Below are positions 9,905-18,963 of a DNA stretch of 42,358 nt, piece after piece. The stretch is from a phage: sequence record PV357170.1; one strand, written 5' to 3'. Each line of letters begins with the position of its first letter. Positions within the stretch are counted from its first letter, which is position 1. The translations under genes and the position numbers were made by a program. The notes beneath the pieces are model-generated. The model was not told where the DNA came from. It did not search any database and saw only the letters and a list, made by a program, of their open reading frames with translations.

Positions 9905-10068
9905 TAGACCCCCGCAACCTTCTTAGTTAACTTACGCGCCCAGGATTCCCATGCAGCGAGCGCCTTGCTGTTCTCTACCTTCTCAAACACCCAGCACAGG
10001 ATGGCTACAGGCACTAGAGGGGCCACTAACATAAAATAAAATACTTTGGCAAAAACGTTTCGCATCAT
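9904..10068 (-). CDS. hypothetical small membrane protein (54 aa; below the ORF-track cutoff)
   Basis: Hand translation MMRNVFAKVFYFMLVAPLVPVAILCWVFEKVENSKALAAWESWARKLTKKVAGV; one hydrophobic helix; ATGA overlap with upstream gene and TAATG overlap with the exonuclease start. Confidence 0.4.
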   Translation of the reverse strand: MMRNVFAKVFYFMLVAPLVPVAILCWVFEKVENSKALAAWESWARKLTKKVAGV

Positions 10069-10445
10069 TTACCTTCCAGTTCAGACAGCACCAGCACGGT
10101 GCCGAGCATGTCTCCGATTACTTCCGGAGTACGCAGGCTCTGGTCTACATCGTAGATACAGGAACCAATCTCCGCCAACCCGATACTGAGAGTACCCACG
10201 ATGCGGATAACTGCCAGATCGTCCCCCTTCAACTTATCGGCATGTGCCGCCAGGTCGTTGTGTTCCTTGAAGGCGGTAGCGGCCAGCTCCAGATCCATGC
10301 CGTATAGGGCAGCCAGTTTATCCAGCGCATCATAGAGTGTGCCCAACTCATCATCATCTACAACATAATCATGCGCCGAGTCATATACCACTGAAGCTAC
10401 AGCTTTAGCCAGATTCTTGTATGCGTCTAATACTTTATCCATCAA
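10065..10445 (-). CDS. hypothetical protein (126 aa)
   Basis: Acidic ORF in the replication module; no motif recognised. Confidence 0.5.
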   Translation of the reverse strand: MMDKVLDAYKNLAKAVASVVYDSAHDYVVDDDELGTLYDALDKLAALYGMDLELAATAFKEHNDLAAHADKLKGDDLAVIRIVGTLSIGLAEIGSCIYDVDQSLRTPEVIGDMLGTVLVLSELEGK

Positions 10446-10700
10446 TCATACCCCCAGAAAGTTTACTACTTCATCACGCTTAGCGCGCAGTTTATCAGCC
10501 TGTTCAGCGCACTTAGCTGCTTCAGCTTTGCTGTGTTTGGAGTCTTCTACTCGTGCCTCGGATTGTGCCGCCAGGCGCACTGCATCATCTGCAAACTTAA
10601 TCGACAACTGTTCATTCATTTGTGCCTTAGCGTCAGCACGTTTAGCTTCTGCTGTATAAGCTGCACTTAGGGGTTTGGTGAGAATCTTGATGATATTCAT
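10446..10700 (-). CDS. hypothetical protein (84 aa)
   Basis: Lys/Ala/Glu-rich, probably helical ORF; no motif recognised. Confidence 0.45.
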   Translation of the reverse strand: MNIIKILTKPLSAAYTAEAKRADAKAQMNEQLSIKFADDAVRLAAQSEARVEDSKHSKAEAAKCAEQADKLRAKRDEVVNFLGV

Positions 10701-10752
10701 AGGCTTCCTCTAAGGCCCCAGGCGGGGCCGTATTAGTTAGTAATAGGGTTGC

Positions 10753-11613
10753 TTAGGCTTGCGGTGCAGCAGGCGCTACAGGAGCCGCTGGAGCCACTGG
10801 TGCTGCTGGTGCTACTGGAGCACTCGGTGCCGCTGGTGCAGTGGGCGCAGCCGGGGTGGCTGGGGCTGCGGGGGCTGCGGGGGCTGCAGGAGCAGCCGGG
10901 GCCTGCATAGACTGAGGACTCGGAACCGAACCAGCATTCAGCATAATATCCAACGCACTGCCTGGGAAGTCAACAGCCTTGTACATGTCTTCCTGAATCC
11001 AGTTTTTACTCTTACCATCATCCTTGGTCCCTTCGATATACAAGCTATCCCAGGTTTCTTTGGTCGGATTGTTCCACAAGAACAGCTTAATCTCGGAAGC
11101 ATCCAGCTCAGGCATTTTAATTGGCTCGCCGGTATTTGGGTCGAACTTAGGAATCGGACGGATTGCTGCGAGGTCTACGATGTTGGACTTCTTACCCGCT
11201 GCGCTGGTGTGCTCGTCCACCGGGAACACAAACGCCTGTCCCAGTCGCTGCGCAGCGTGCTTAATGCTACCATCATAGTTGAGCTTGTCGAAGAACTTCT
11301 TGAAGCCCGCACGCTCAAAGTTGCTGATAGTCATCGGATACGGACGGATACGCTTCACCTCACCGTTCGGGCCGTACACCACAATCCCGATGCGAACGTT
11401 CGCCGCGGCAGGCTTACCGGTAGGCTTACCACCTTTAGTCGGCAGGCGCTTACCAATTTCCACGTACTCAGTAAAGTAACCGTAGTACTCACCCTTCGGC
11501 AGCAGTACATCTTCGTACGCACCACCCTGGGCAGTCTCAGTCATATCAACTTCTTGGGTTTCAATCGCGGCAGCAACCAGGGAGTTCAGAGTATCCAGTG
11601 CATTCATAGTCAT
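10753..11613 (-). CDS. hypothetical protein with C-terminal Pro/Ala-repeat tail
   Basis: 286 aa; last ~47 aa are PAAPAAPAAP... encoded by tandem GC-rich nonamer repeats; globular N-terminal domain of unknown function. Confidence 0.6.
   Translation of the reverse strand: MTMNALDTLNSLVAAAIETQEVDMTETAQGGAYEDVLLPKGEYYGYFTEYVEIGKRLPTKGGKPTGKPAAANVRIGIVVYGPNGEVKRIRPYPMTISNFERAGFKKFFDKLNYDGSIKHAAQRLGQAFVFPVDEHTSAAGKKSNIVDLAAIRPIPKFDPNTGEPIKMPELDASEIKLFLWNNPTKETWDSLYIEGTKDDGKSKNWIQEDMYKAVDFPGSALDIMLNAGSVPSPQSMQAPAAPAAPAAPAAPATPAAPTAPAAPSAPVAPAAPVAPAAPVAPAAPQA
10756..10896. repeat. in-frame tandem repeats (about 9-bp units, e.g. three copies of ggggctgcg) encoding a Pro/Ala linker
   Basis: Three adjacent near-identical nonamers around 10863-10889 plus degenerate copies upstream, all inside the 3' end of the 286-aa gene. 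Confidence 0.6.
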
Positions 11614-11664
11614 ATAATTATGTCCTCGTTTAGTTCAAATAATATTTACGTGCAGATGCAGGGC

Positions 11665-11826
11665 TTAGCTGGCTAAGGCCTTAAGACCCAATAGAATGAG
11701 CACTACTAACAGGCAGATCACTAAAGGCCCCCAGAACGGGAGCAGCACCCACAACCAAGACCAGGCGACAACGCCGGTCAGTTTCAGAGTTACAAAGATA
11801 AGACCCAGTATAGAACAGATTTCCAT
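11665..11826 (-). CDS. hypothetical small membrane protein (53 aa, two predicted TM helices)
   Basis: MEICSILGLIFVTLKLTGVVAWSWLWVLLPFWGPLVICLLVVLILLGLKALAS; GAGGTG RBS 9 nt upstream of the ATG at 11826; track ORF starts further upstream. Confidence 0.4.
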   Translation of the reverse strand: MEICSILGLIFVTLKLTGVVAWSWLWVLLPFWGPLVICLLVVLILLGLKALAS

Positions 11827-11845
11827 TTTCATCATCACCTCTATA

Positions 11846-12826
11846 TTATTTAGAACGACCAACCCAACGACCATTGTCGTCAAGTAACATCGGAATTAAC
11901 TGGGGACAACCCTCCGTGATTACCAGTACACCCAGGATTGGTTTCTTACGGGTGAGTCTGCCGTAAGCAAAGGCCATGCTCTTGCGGTCAATCAGGCACC
12001 CTGCATATGCGCCAAAATACAGTGCCGTAGAAGAAGCCGCATATTGTACTTCGAAGCGCCCATGTTCATGCCCCAAAACGAGCGACGTTCTCTCGTGGCT
12101 CGCGTTAAGCATGAAGTCGCCGCTAACCTGATGTTGAAACCGGACGGGCCCGAGAGGTGTACTAAGCACCCAAGCATCGGCCCACGACCAACCTGGAGCA
12201 CTATGCTCGGGGAATAGAATGTCCCGGTATCGCTTAATAAATTGAACTGGTAAGCCGTGAGCCTTGGCGCGGCGATATACAAGACTCCCGTGATTGGAAT
12301 CGCAAACAAGAAGGTTCGGGAATAGTTCATGCAGCTCCTCCAGCACTAGCTTAGCTTTCTCCAGTTCCACCCCGGCACTGTCTAGGTTCGGGTTACTTTC
12401 GTGGAATGATATAGCGTGGCCGTCCGTCTCATCACCAACCTGTACCACCATGTCAGGACAGTATTCATCCCGCACACTTTTTAGGAAGTCCATGGCATCT
12501 ACGTGAGTATAGGGGGCATGCAGATCACCGACAACGAGAATACGGTGGCATACTTCCGGTACGAAGGTTTTACCGATGTCATCAGTGGGGCTAGGCTGTA
12601 TGAGCTTTAGTGCCTCCTTCATGTGAGATACTGCCTTACCCTTGCTACCATTGTGGTCTAGGAAGATGCTGCGCCAGTACTTCACCATCTGGCGGTACAC
12701 CACCGGCTCAGCTAGTCCTGCCAGCTTGTTGTAGGCGGCTGCAGCGTCCACGTTAGAGCTGTGCTTGCTTAGGATATCTACGTGCTGCTCTTTGGTGAAT
12801 AGCTTGATTGTGTTTAACTTAGGCAT
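11846..12826 (-). CDS. calcineurin-like metallophosphoesterase
   Basis: Motifs VVGDLHAPY (GDxH), VQVGDETDG (GDxxD) and CDSNHG (GNH) in the canonical order. Confidence 0.65.
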   Translation of the reverse strand: MPKLNTIKLFTKEQHVDILSKHSSNVDAAAAYNKLAGLAEPVVYRQMVKYWRSIFLDHNGSKGKAVSHMKEALKLIQPSPTDDIGKTFVPEVCHRILVVGDLHAPYTHVDAMDFLKSVRDEYCPDMVVQVGDETDGHAISFHESNPNLDSAGVELEKAKLVLEELHELFPNLLVCDSNHGSLVYRRAKAHGLPVQFIKRYRDILFPEHSAPGWSWADAWVLSTPLGPVRFQHQVSGDFMLNASHERTSLVLGHEHGRFEVQYAASSTALYFGAYAGCLIDRKSMAFAYGRLTRKKPILGVLVITEGCPQLIPMLLDDNGRWVGRSK

Positions 12827-13253
12827 TCCAGCTCCTGTTACTTATCACGTCACTGATTACATGTACACCCACACCATACTTATTAGCAAAGTGTTGCCGC
12901 ATACCTTTCTTGTACGGGACATAGTTGGCCCTAATATCCCGCACGGCGTCCCAAGATAGCAGTGCTTTTGGGTTTCGCTCTCCCCGTACATCTGGGTTCC
13001 TTCCACGTTCCGCACGGTCATTCATATTATCCAAGTGCGTCCCTAGCACTAAGTGCTCTGGATTAATGCACCTAGGGTTATCGCAGGTGTGTCTAACAGA
13101 CAGCCCGGCCATTGCCCTTATGTCTATCCCGTTATGCTCAGCGTACACCACCCGGTGCAGAAGCTCCAATTGTTTAGTTGGCTTATACCATGCCCGGCGG
13201 TACCCGTTCTTATTAAGGCATTTGGTATACCCATGGTCAATGCACATCGACAT
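12819..13253 (-). CDS. HNH homing endonuclease (paralog 2), immediately 3' of the DNA polymerase region
   Basis: HRVV...HTCDNPRCINPEHL HNH core; AAGAGGA RBS; own ~160-bp AT-rich upstream spacer (13254-13416). Confidence 0.8.
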   Translation of the reverse strand: MSMCIDHGYTKCLNKNGYRRAWYKPTKQLELLHRVVYAEHNGIDIRAMAGLSVRHTCDNPRCINPEHLVLGTHLDNMNDRAERGRNPDVRGERNPKALLSWDAVRDIRANYVPYKKGMRQHFANKYGVGVHVISDVISNRSWNA

Positions 13254-13416
13254 TTGGTATCCTCTTATGTTGTTCCTACTCGTATCACATTAATTCTCGG
13301 TAAATCACAGAATCAAGTCAGAGTCAACAAATAATTTTAATTAATTATCTGCTTGACCCTAGCTAATTCTCATGCTACCCTAACCCCCTACACCACCCAA
13401 GGGTCCACCTATATCA

Positions 13417-13638
13417 TCACTCCACGATAAGTTTGTACTCTCCAGAGAAGAAGGTAATACCATCCCCAGGCTTCTCTGAGTTGTTATCTGGATTGATTAA
13501 TTCCACCTCCCAGAGTTCAGGATCATAAGATATCACACGATGCTGAGTGCCAGGTGCAAAGTAATCACGGTGTCTAGGTTCTAATGGTTCCGGCCCAAGT
13601 CCTAGTATCTCCACAATACTACCTGGTTTAATAGTCAT
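13417..13638 (-). CDS. hypothetical protein (73 aa)
   Basis: ATGA overlap with the DNA polymerase stop; no motif recognised. Confidence 0.45.
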   Translation of the reverse strand: MTIKPGSIVEILGLGPEPLEPRHRDYFAPGTQHRVISYDPELWEVELINPDNNSEKPGDGITFFSGEYKLIVE

Positions 13639-15974
13639 TCTACTTTCTCCTTACTGTACATGCTTGTACCCATTTCAGCTTCCGCTGGGAACGGGACCTG
13701 CCCAATGATACCGTAGTTAGGCCATAGCTGGTGGATACGCTTAGGTGCGTCTTCCATGCACTGCTTAACTAACAGGCTCGCTTCTCTGCCTACCTCTGGA
13801 TTGGCACTGTCAAGATACAATGCATCGTGTACGTTCGTAATCAAGCACACCTGATTGTCGAACCAGTCACGTGCCAGCATCGCACGCAGAACCATACCGG
13901 CTGCGACTGCCATCAAGAAGAACGCCTCACCTTGACACCAGTAGTTAGCCATCTCGGTTTCCTTGTAGTCCATCACCTTCTGCTTGCGCTGGCCAGGGAC
14001 TACTTCCTTCCACTGCTCCTTCTGACGGAAGCTGTAGCGGGCACCTGCTGGGCTGGTCCAGGTACCAATTCGGTAGATACGATAACTACCATCATCAGCT
14101 TGCTCCCGGTAAATGCGTCCAGCTGCCCCGGTACGCTCTACTTCTTCCTTGACAACAGCGCGGAATCCTATGGTTGTTGGGAACAGCTTAGCCTCGTTAT
14201 CCAGGAACGCCTGTGCATACTCTACGGTACATCCGGTAGCAAAGGCGATACCCTTAGCCGTAGCACCATACTGCGCAGCAAAACTAGGGGGCTTAATGTC
14301 CGTACGCTGCTGCTTCCAGTACTTGTAGTCTGGCCCGTCAGCGTTATGGCACAGGTCGTACATCTCTTCGTAGGTTTTGTTCTCCTTAAATGCTAGTCGG
14401 TAACAGTGCATGTCCGTGCCGGACTGCAGTAGCCCCAGTAGTTTAAGGTCTCCAGTGTGAACACAAGACATAACCACTTCCAGGGCCGAATAGTCAACCT
14501 CAGTGATGCGACCAGATTCTCCGAAACGAGAGGTGAACATCTGTTTAACCCGGCTCGTCCCATCGCGCGGTAGATTCTGGAGATTCGGGTTAGAACCTGA
14601 CAGTCGCCCGGTGACGGTGGCACAGGTGTTAAGACGGTGGTGGATAATACCTGAACCATCAGGGTTCTGAGGTATGACGTATTGAAGCATGCCCGAGGTC
14701 TTTTTAACTGACCCATCTTCGTTGTACTCCGTTCGTAGATAGTAGGTTCCTGTGTCCTTCTCCAGAGCACCTAGCTCGTTCACCAATCGACAGAACTCGA
14801 ACCCGTGACGGGCTAGCGCTTCCATAGCATCAGTACTGGTGCTGTAGATTGGTGTCCCATCCTGCAGATTCCGGGCTTGCCTGAACTCTCCACGCTCAGC
14901 ATACTTCTCTCGGAGTACCTCGGGCAGTTCTTGGATGTTAACCAGGCCTGGGCAGAAGTAGAGGTCCTCTTCCCATTTGAGTTTCTCTTCCGCTGTATCT
15001 ATGCGGAAGACTTTTGGTAAGCCCTTGTTCTTCCCGGCCTTGTATGTAGTCGCCCCAGGGGGAGCGGGCATATCATCCACAGCAACCCAAGTGTCGCCTA
15101 CTTGCCAGTAGTCCGCCTTGACGTATTGCGGCGGGTCGTAGGGCACCTTCTTGCGGTACTTGATAGGGCCGCCATACACCAGCGCAGACATATGAAAGTC
15201 AGAACCGAAGTTGAAATCTAGCGTCTCCGGCAAGTCCTTGGGGATATACTGCTGCAGCTCCTTCTTAATCTCCAGTATACGCTGTTCCTGCTCTTCTTGG
15301 TTCTTGCGAGCAATCGGCATATTCACGAACAGACCGAACCATTCGCAGTAGGCCCAGGCCAGTAAGGCATCCATGCGCTCCCATACGTACTGCATTTGGT
15401 TGCGCTCTGCAAAGATACCGCACTGGCCGTAGAAGCACAGGGCCGTGTTCGGTATATCCCCGTTAACTAGGTAGTCGTGCAATAGTATAGGGTCGATCTG
15501 GGAGGTTAATACACCTTGCTCCCATAGAATCTTAACACCGTCTACTTTGTGCGTACCGCCGTACTTAGGAGCTGTCTCGTCCAGTGACGGATACATACTC
15601 TGAAAGTCCGAGGCGATGTACTCAGAATGCATCGTACAGAATACGCGACCTCCCCGCTTTAGGAAGGCCTCAAACTCGGCGCGCGCAAAGGTTAGGAACC
15701 AGCTAATCTCATATGCGGCGTTGTGGGCCACAATCAGCCAACAGTCAGCTGGTATTGGGAGCCATTCTGATACAGGTGCCGCTTCAAAGTGCGCGCGACT
15801 GTTATACCGTACACTCTCTACGGGGCCTACTTCTACCGTACCGTCATCGTGCGTGCGGTCAATACGCCACGCTGATTCTACGATGTAATTATCCGGACAG
15901 TACGGGGAAGCAACACTACCGTAATATGGGTGATTTTGCGTCTCATAATCCGTTATCAGGATGCTTCTGCTCAT
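13635..15974 (-). CDS. family A DNA polymerase with 3'-5' exonuclease domain
   Basis: Exo I ITDYETQ at N-terminus; Pol motif A DYSALEV, motif B KPPSFAAQYG, motif C NVHDALYLD; GGGGAGGG RBS. Confidence 0.9.
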   Translation of the reverse strand: MSRSILITDYETQNHPYYGSVASPYCPDNYIVESAWRIDRTHDDGTVEVGPVESVRYNSRAHFEAAPVSEWLPIPADCWLIVAHNAAYEISWFLTFARAEFEAFLKRGGRVFCTMHSEYIASDFQSMYPSLDETAPKYGGTHKVDGVKILWEQGVLTSQIDPILLHDYLVNGDIPNTALCFYGQCGIFAERNQMQYVWERMDALLAWAYCEWFGLFVNMPIARKNQEEQEQRILEIKKELQQYIPKDLPETLDFNFGSDFHMSALVYGGPIKYRKKVPYDPPQYVKADYWQVGDTWVAVDDMPAPPGATTYKAGKNKGLPKVFRIDTAEEKLKWEEDLYFCPGLVNIQELPEVLREKYAERGEFRQARNLQDGTPIYSTSTDAMEALARHGFEFCRLVNELGALEKDTGTYYLRTEYNEDGSVKKTSGMLQYVIPQNPDGSGIIHHRLNTCATVTGRLSGSNPNLQNLPRDGTSRVKQMFTSRFGESGRITEVDYSALEVVMSCVHTGDLKLLGLLQSGTDMHCYRLAFKENKTYEEMYDLCHNADGPDYKYWKQQRTDIKPPSFAAQYGATAKGIAFATGCTVEYAQAFLDNEAKLFPTTIGFRAVVKEEVERTGAAGRIYREQADDGSYRIYRIGTWTSPAGARYSFRQKEQWKEVVPGQRKQKVMDYKETEMANYWCQGEAFFLMAVAAGMVLRAMLARDWFDNQVCLITNVHDALYLDSANPEVGREASLLVKQCMEDAPKRIHQLWPNYGIIGQVPFPAEAEMGTSMYSKEKVE

Positions 15975-16392
15975 TCCATACCCTCCCCTTTATGATATTA
16001 GATATGTATCCTTGACTTATCCCGAAGCGTCTCGCTATAGATACCTGGGTCTCACCGCCAGCATATGCTTCTCGTATACTGTGCACGTCTTCTGGGGTAA
16101 GTCTGGCAGCAGGGTTGCGGCTGCCCAGCAAATTACGCGCACCTTTATTTCGGTCCTGCATATTATCACTAGAAGTCCCTAGTAGCAGGTGCTCCGGATT
16201 TATGCACCGAGGATTGTCACACGAATGCCGGACTACAAGTCCCGCGATATCACTCAGCTTCAAGTTGTGGGCTATACAATACGCTTTGCGGTGGCTTCCA
16301 GTTGTCTCTCCATCAAATCTGGAGCGGCCATATCCAGCGCACTTTCCTCGGCAAGTGCTTCCCTTCTGCCCGTGGTCGATACAATCTGTCAT
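15943..16392 (-). CDS. HNH homing endonuclease (paralog 3), overlapping the DNA polymerase start
   Basis: HSCDNPRCINPEHL core plus C-terminal helix-turn-helix-like IARRFGISQGYISNI; ATG at 16392 (track ORF starts at a TTG at 16398); 3' end overlaps the first ~10 codons of the polymerase gene. Confidence 0.8.
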   Translation of the reverse strand: MTDCIDHGQKGSTCRGKCAGYGRSRFDGETTGSHRKAYCIAHNLKLSDIAGLVVRHSCDNPRCINPEHLLLGTSSDNMQDRNKGARNLLGSRNPAARLTPEDVHSIREAYAGGETQVSIARRFGISQGYISNIIKGRVWNEQKHPDNGL

Positions 16393-16697
16393 CTCCAATT
16401 AATCCTCCGCGCCTTATTGACAGCCAAGTGCACAATCAGCCGGCTGCTAATTAGCACGGGCCGTATGCTGAAAGTACCCACAGATGCAGCGTACGCCTTA
16501 ATTACCTCTTCGTCGAGATAGTTAATGTCGGACGGTTTAAGCATTCTGCCTTCTCCCACACTGGATGCACATACCACCTATAAATGTCAACCTTGCCCCG
16601 CAGTGCTTGCACTCCCAGTCTGTCAGTATAAACATAGTATATCTCCATCCATCATCTGTGTACCTACATAGCGCCCTCTAGGAAGGCGCTAGGGAAG

Positions 16698-17978
16698 TCA
16701 CTTGTTAATCTGCCCTTCGTTAAATCGGCATCTACCTGGGTCGAATGCTACCTCGAATTGCAGTAGCGATTCCTTACCCGATAGCGCCATCTTATTCTTC
16801 GGCGTACTGATACCACGAATGTTTTGCATATGCGGCTGCTCGTTCCTGTCCAAGCACCCCATCATAATTGCTAAATCCAAAGCACCTTGCACACCAATCT
16901 TACTCTGCTTCATTGCTGTGAGCGGTGGAAACAGCAGGTTATAACCTTCGAGTGAAAGCTGCATAGTACCAATAACGGCACAGTCATTCTCACACCCCAG
17001 GATTCGCAGCTCCTGCCACTTCGCCTCTAGGTTCTGGTGTTCGCTCTCCATCGTACCACCACGGATGTTAGCTACCATATCTATGATGATTACCGCCGGG
17101 CGCATCTCCTCCATTAGCGTAGAGATTTGAGCCATAGTAAGAGAGTGTGCCGCCTTGATACGGATGCGGTCAGCCCTACCTACTTTCTCCAAATAGGCCG
17201 GCACAAACTCTTGCTTACTGTGCCTGTCCTTAATCTCAGCCAGAGTCCAATGCAGCGCCGCTTGGTATACCCTCGGCACAGTGCGCGTCGCCGGGCCTTC
17301 ATTAACCAGCCATAGAATCGGACGATCCCCGTACACCTCCGGTTGCTGCTGCATCTGCTTAGCAAAGTCCACAGCAATAGCAGCGAGTAGGCTAGTTTTA
17401 CCAGAATCAACAGGGGCAGCCACAGCAATACAATCACCACCGCGAAGCCCGCGGATGCTATTAGAGAGTTGCTCAAATACGCCCAGTTTAAGACCACCAC
17501 TTTCATCAGTCGCGGCAAGTATCTCATCAACACTTCCGCTCTCCCACTCTAGTAGCGAATCATGAACAGCAGCACCATCCCCGTACTTGCGCTGGAGGTG
17601 CTTCATCTCCAGTAGATAATCAACCTCCTCACCGTCTTGGTAGCGCTGCGTGAGCGCTGCAACCTCTCCGCTGTATGCCAACTCATTCAGGGTCTGCACA
17701 ATCCCCACCACAGAATCCTGTGGTACGGCTTGTACTCCCCGCATAAGCTCATCCATAATCACCCGCTCTTCACGGGATAGATGCCCGGCCCGGAGGTTGA
17801 GCATACTCTGCATCGCATCCCACTGCACCTCTTGGTGCTCTGGGTACGTGTTCCAGTACAGCCCTACCCAGTCCAGCAGGTTCGAGGTGTCCGGCGCAAG
17901 CATAGACTTGGGTATCTGCTCTCGCAGTCGGTTCCAGACCTTCTGCGTGCACATTGCACGCACAACTATTAAGTCCAA
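16698..17978 (-). CDS. replicative DNA helicase (DnaB / T7 gp4 helicase-domain-like)
   Basis: Walker A AAPVDSGKTSLL and Walker B-like VIIIDMV; 426 aa; adjacent to primase gene. Confidence 0.8.
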   Translation of the reverse strand: MDLIVVRAMCTQKVWNRLREQIPKSMLAPDTSNLLDWVGLYWNTYPEHQEVQWDAMQSMLNLRAGHLSREERVIMDELMRGVQAVPQDSVVGIVQTLNELAYSGEVAALTQRYQDGEEVDYLLEMKHLQRKYGDGAAVHDSLLEWESGSVDEILAATDESGGLKLGVFEQLSNSIRGLRGGDCIAVAAPVDSGKTSLLAAIAVDFAKQMQQQPEVYGDRPILWLVNEGPATRTVPRVYQAALHWTLAEIKDRHSKQEFVPAYLEKVGRADRIRIKAAHSLTMAQISTLMEEMRPAVIIIDMVANIRGGTMESEHQNLEAKWQELRILGCENDCAVIGTMQLSLEGYNLLFPPLTAMKQSKIGVQGALDLAIMMGCLDRNEQPHMQNIRGISTPKNKMALSGKESLLQFEVAFDPGRCRFNEGQINK

Positions 17979-18760
17979 GTTAATGCCTCCAGTATCTCTT
18001 TGATTTCTGCGTCCTTAGGATCCGCAGCGAAGTAGTGTTCTCGGCACTGCATGAACGGGCGCAGTGCCCGGCGTGTTGCCGCTACCCCAGCATGTCCTGC
18101 CGGGTCATTGTCCAACATTAGAATCACTTCCGGGCGATTCTGAATCAGCCAGGCCCTTAGCTGCGTGGGCAAGCGTGTACCCAGCATAGCTATAGCCTGC
18201 ACGTTCAACGCACTGTAGCTCGTAACTGCGTGCTGTATCTTCAGGGCTGAGAGTAAGTCCTCTGTGAGCACGACCTTTAGAGGAGCGCCCGCAGCTACAG
18301 CCGGTGCTACGGCAGGTTCCGCGACAGCGAAAGCTATTGGCTGGCCGTACATTACCCACTTCGGTTGCTGCCGAGCATGTACTGCACGGCCCAGAGCAGC
18401 GCTTCCGACACGGAAGATTATCCGCTGTTTCTCTTTGCTCCATTCTGCATCCCCCACCATTTCAGGCATGATTCCCTTTGAAGCAAGGAATCCGTAAATA
18501 AAACTCTGCGTTTCTGCAGGCGCTTGGCTAATGCAAATTGCATCTGCAGGTGCAGAGGGCTGCACCCTCGGCTCTTCCTGTAACTGTATGCGCTGGTACT
18601 GCTTGCGCTCCTTGCCTACCTGTTTGCAGCGGTGGCAATAGTATTCCCAGGCATCCGGGTTATTATAGAGCACCCCGGCGGAGTCCCTGCCGCAGCACCG
18701 AAAGCGTGCCCTCTGCCCCACGGCCAGGCGCTTGCACGCTCTAAGCCAGGGCTGGTCCAT
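17969..18760 (-). CDS. DNA primase (zinc-ribbon plus TOPRIM)
   Basis: Cys4 cluster RFRCCGRD...YYCHRC followed by TOPRIM motifs VVLTEDLLSA and LMLDNDPAG. Confidence 0.75.
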   Translation of the reverse strand: MDQPWLRACKRLAVGQRARFRCCGRDSAGVLYNNPDAWEYYCHRCKQVGKERKQYQRIQLQEEPRVQPSAPADAICISQAPAETQSFIYGFLASKGIMPEMVGDAEWSKEKQRIIFRVGSAALGRAVHARQQPKWVMYGQPIAFAVAEPAVAPAVAAGAPLKVVLTEDLLSALKIQHAVTSYSALNVQAIAMLGTRLPTQLRAWLIQNRPEVILMLDNDPAGHAGVAATRRALRPFMQCREHYFAADPKDAEIKEILEALTWT

Positions 18761-18963
18761 TACTTAATCTCGATTCTGTTAGCGTATACTATTCCACACA
18801 ATAAAATGTCTCTTTCGGGTACATCCACCTTCCGTCCATCGTCCAGACGGTATATGTAGCCACCCTCTACCTTTATAACCCAAAAGCTGCATGATCCCCA
18901 AGTGAACGGAATGCCAACCACAATACTCTTAGGCGGCATTTTGTACGTGATAATTTTATGCAT
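18760..18963 (-). CDS. hypothetical protein (67 aa)
   Basis: ORF with stop/start overlap onto the primase gene; no motif recognised. Confidence 0.4.
   Translation of the reverse strand: MHKIITYKMPPKSIVVGIPFTWGSCSFWVIKVEGGYIYRLDDGRKVDVPERDILLCGIVYANRIEIK

Noticed and set aside
10759-11676. 305-aa plus-strand ORF, and the other plus-strand ORFs in the track (e.g. 613..1293, 5193..5636, 34462..35004, 41290..41799)
   Set aside because: All lie antisense to long, motif-supported minus-strand genes, are Arg/Cys/Ser-rich with no motifs, and lack RBS; judged antisense shadows
16671-16696. Inverted repeat agcgcc...ggcgct just after the helicase stop as a terminator
   Set aside because: Only a 6-bp stem with 9-nt loop and no U-tract; too weak to call
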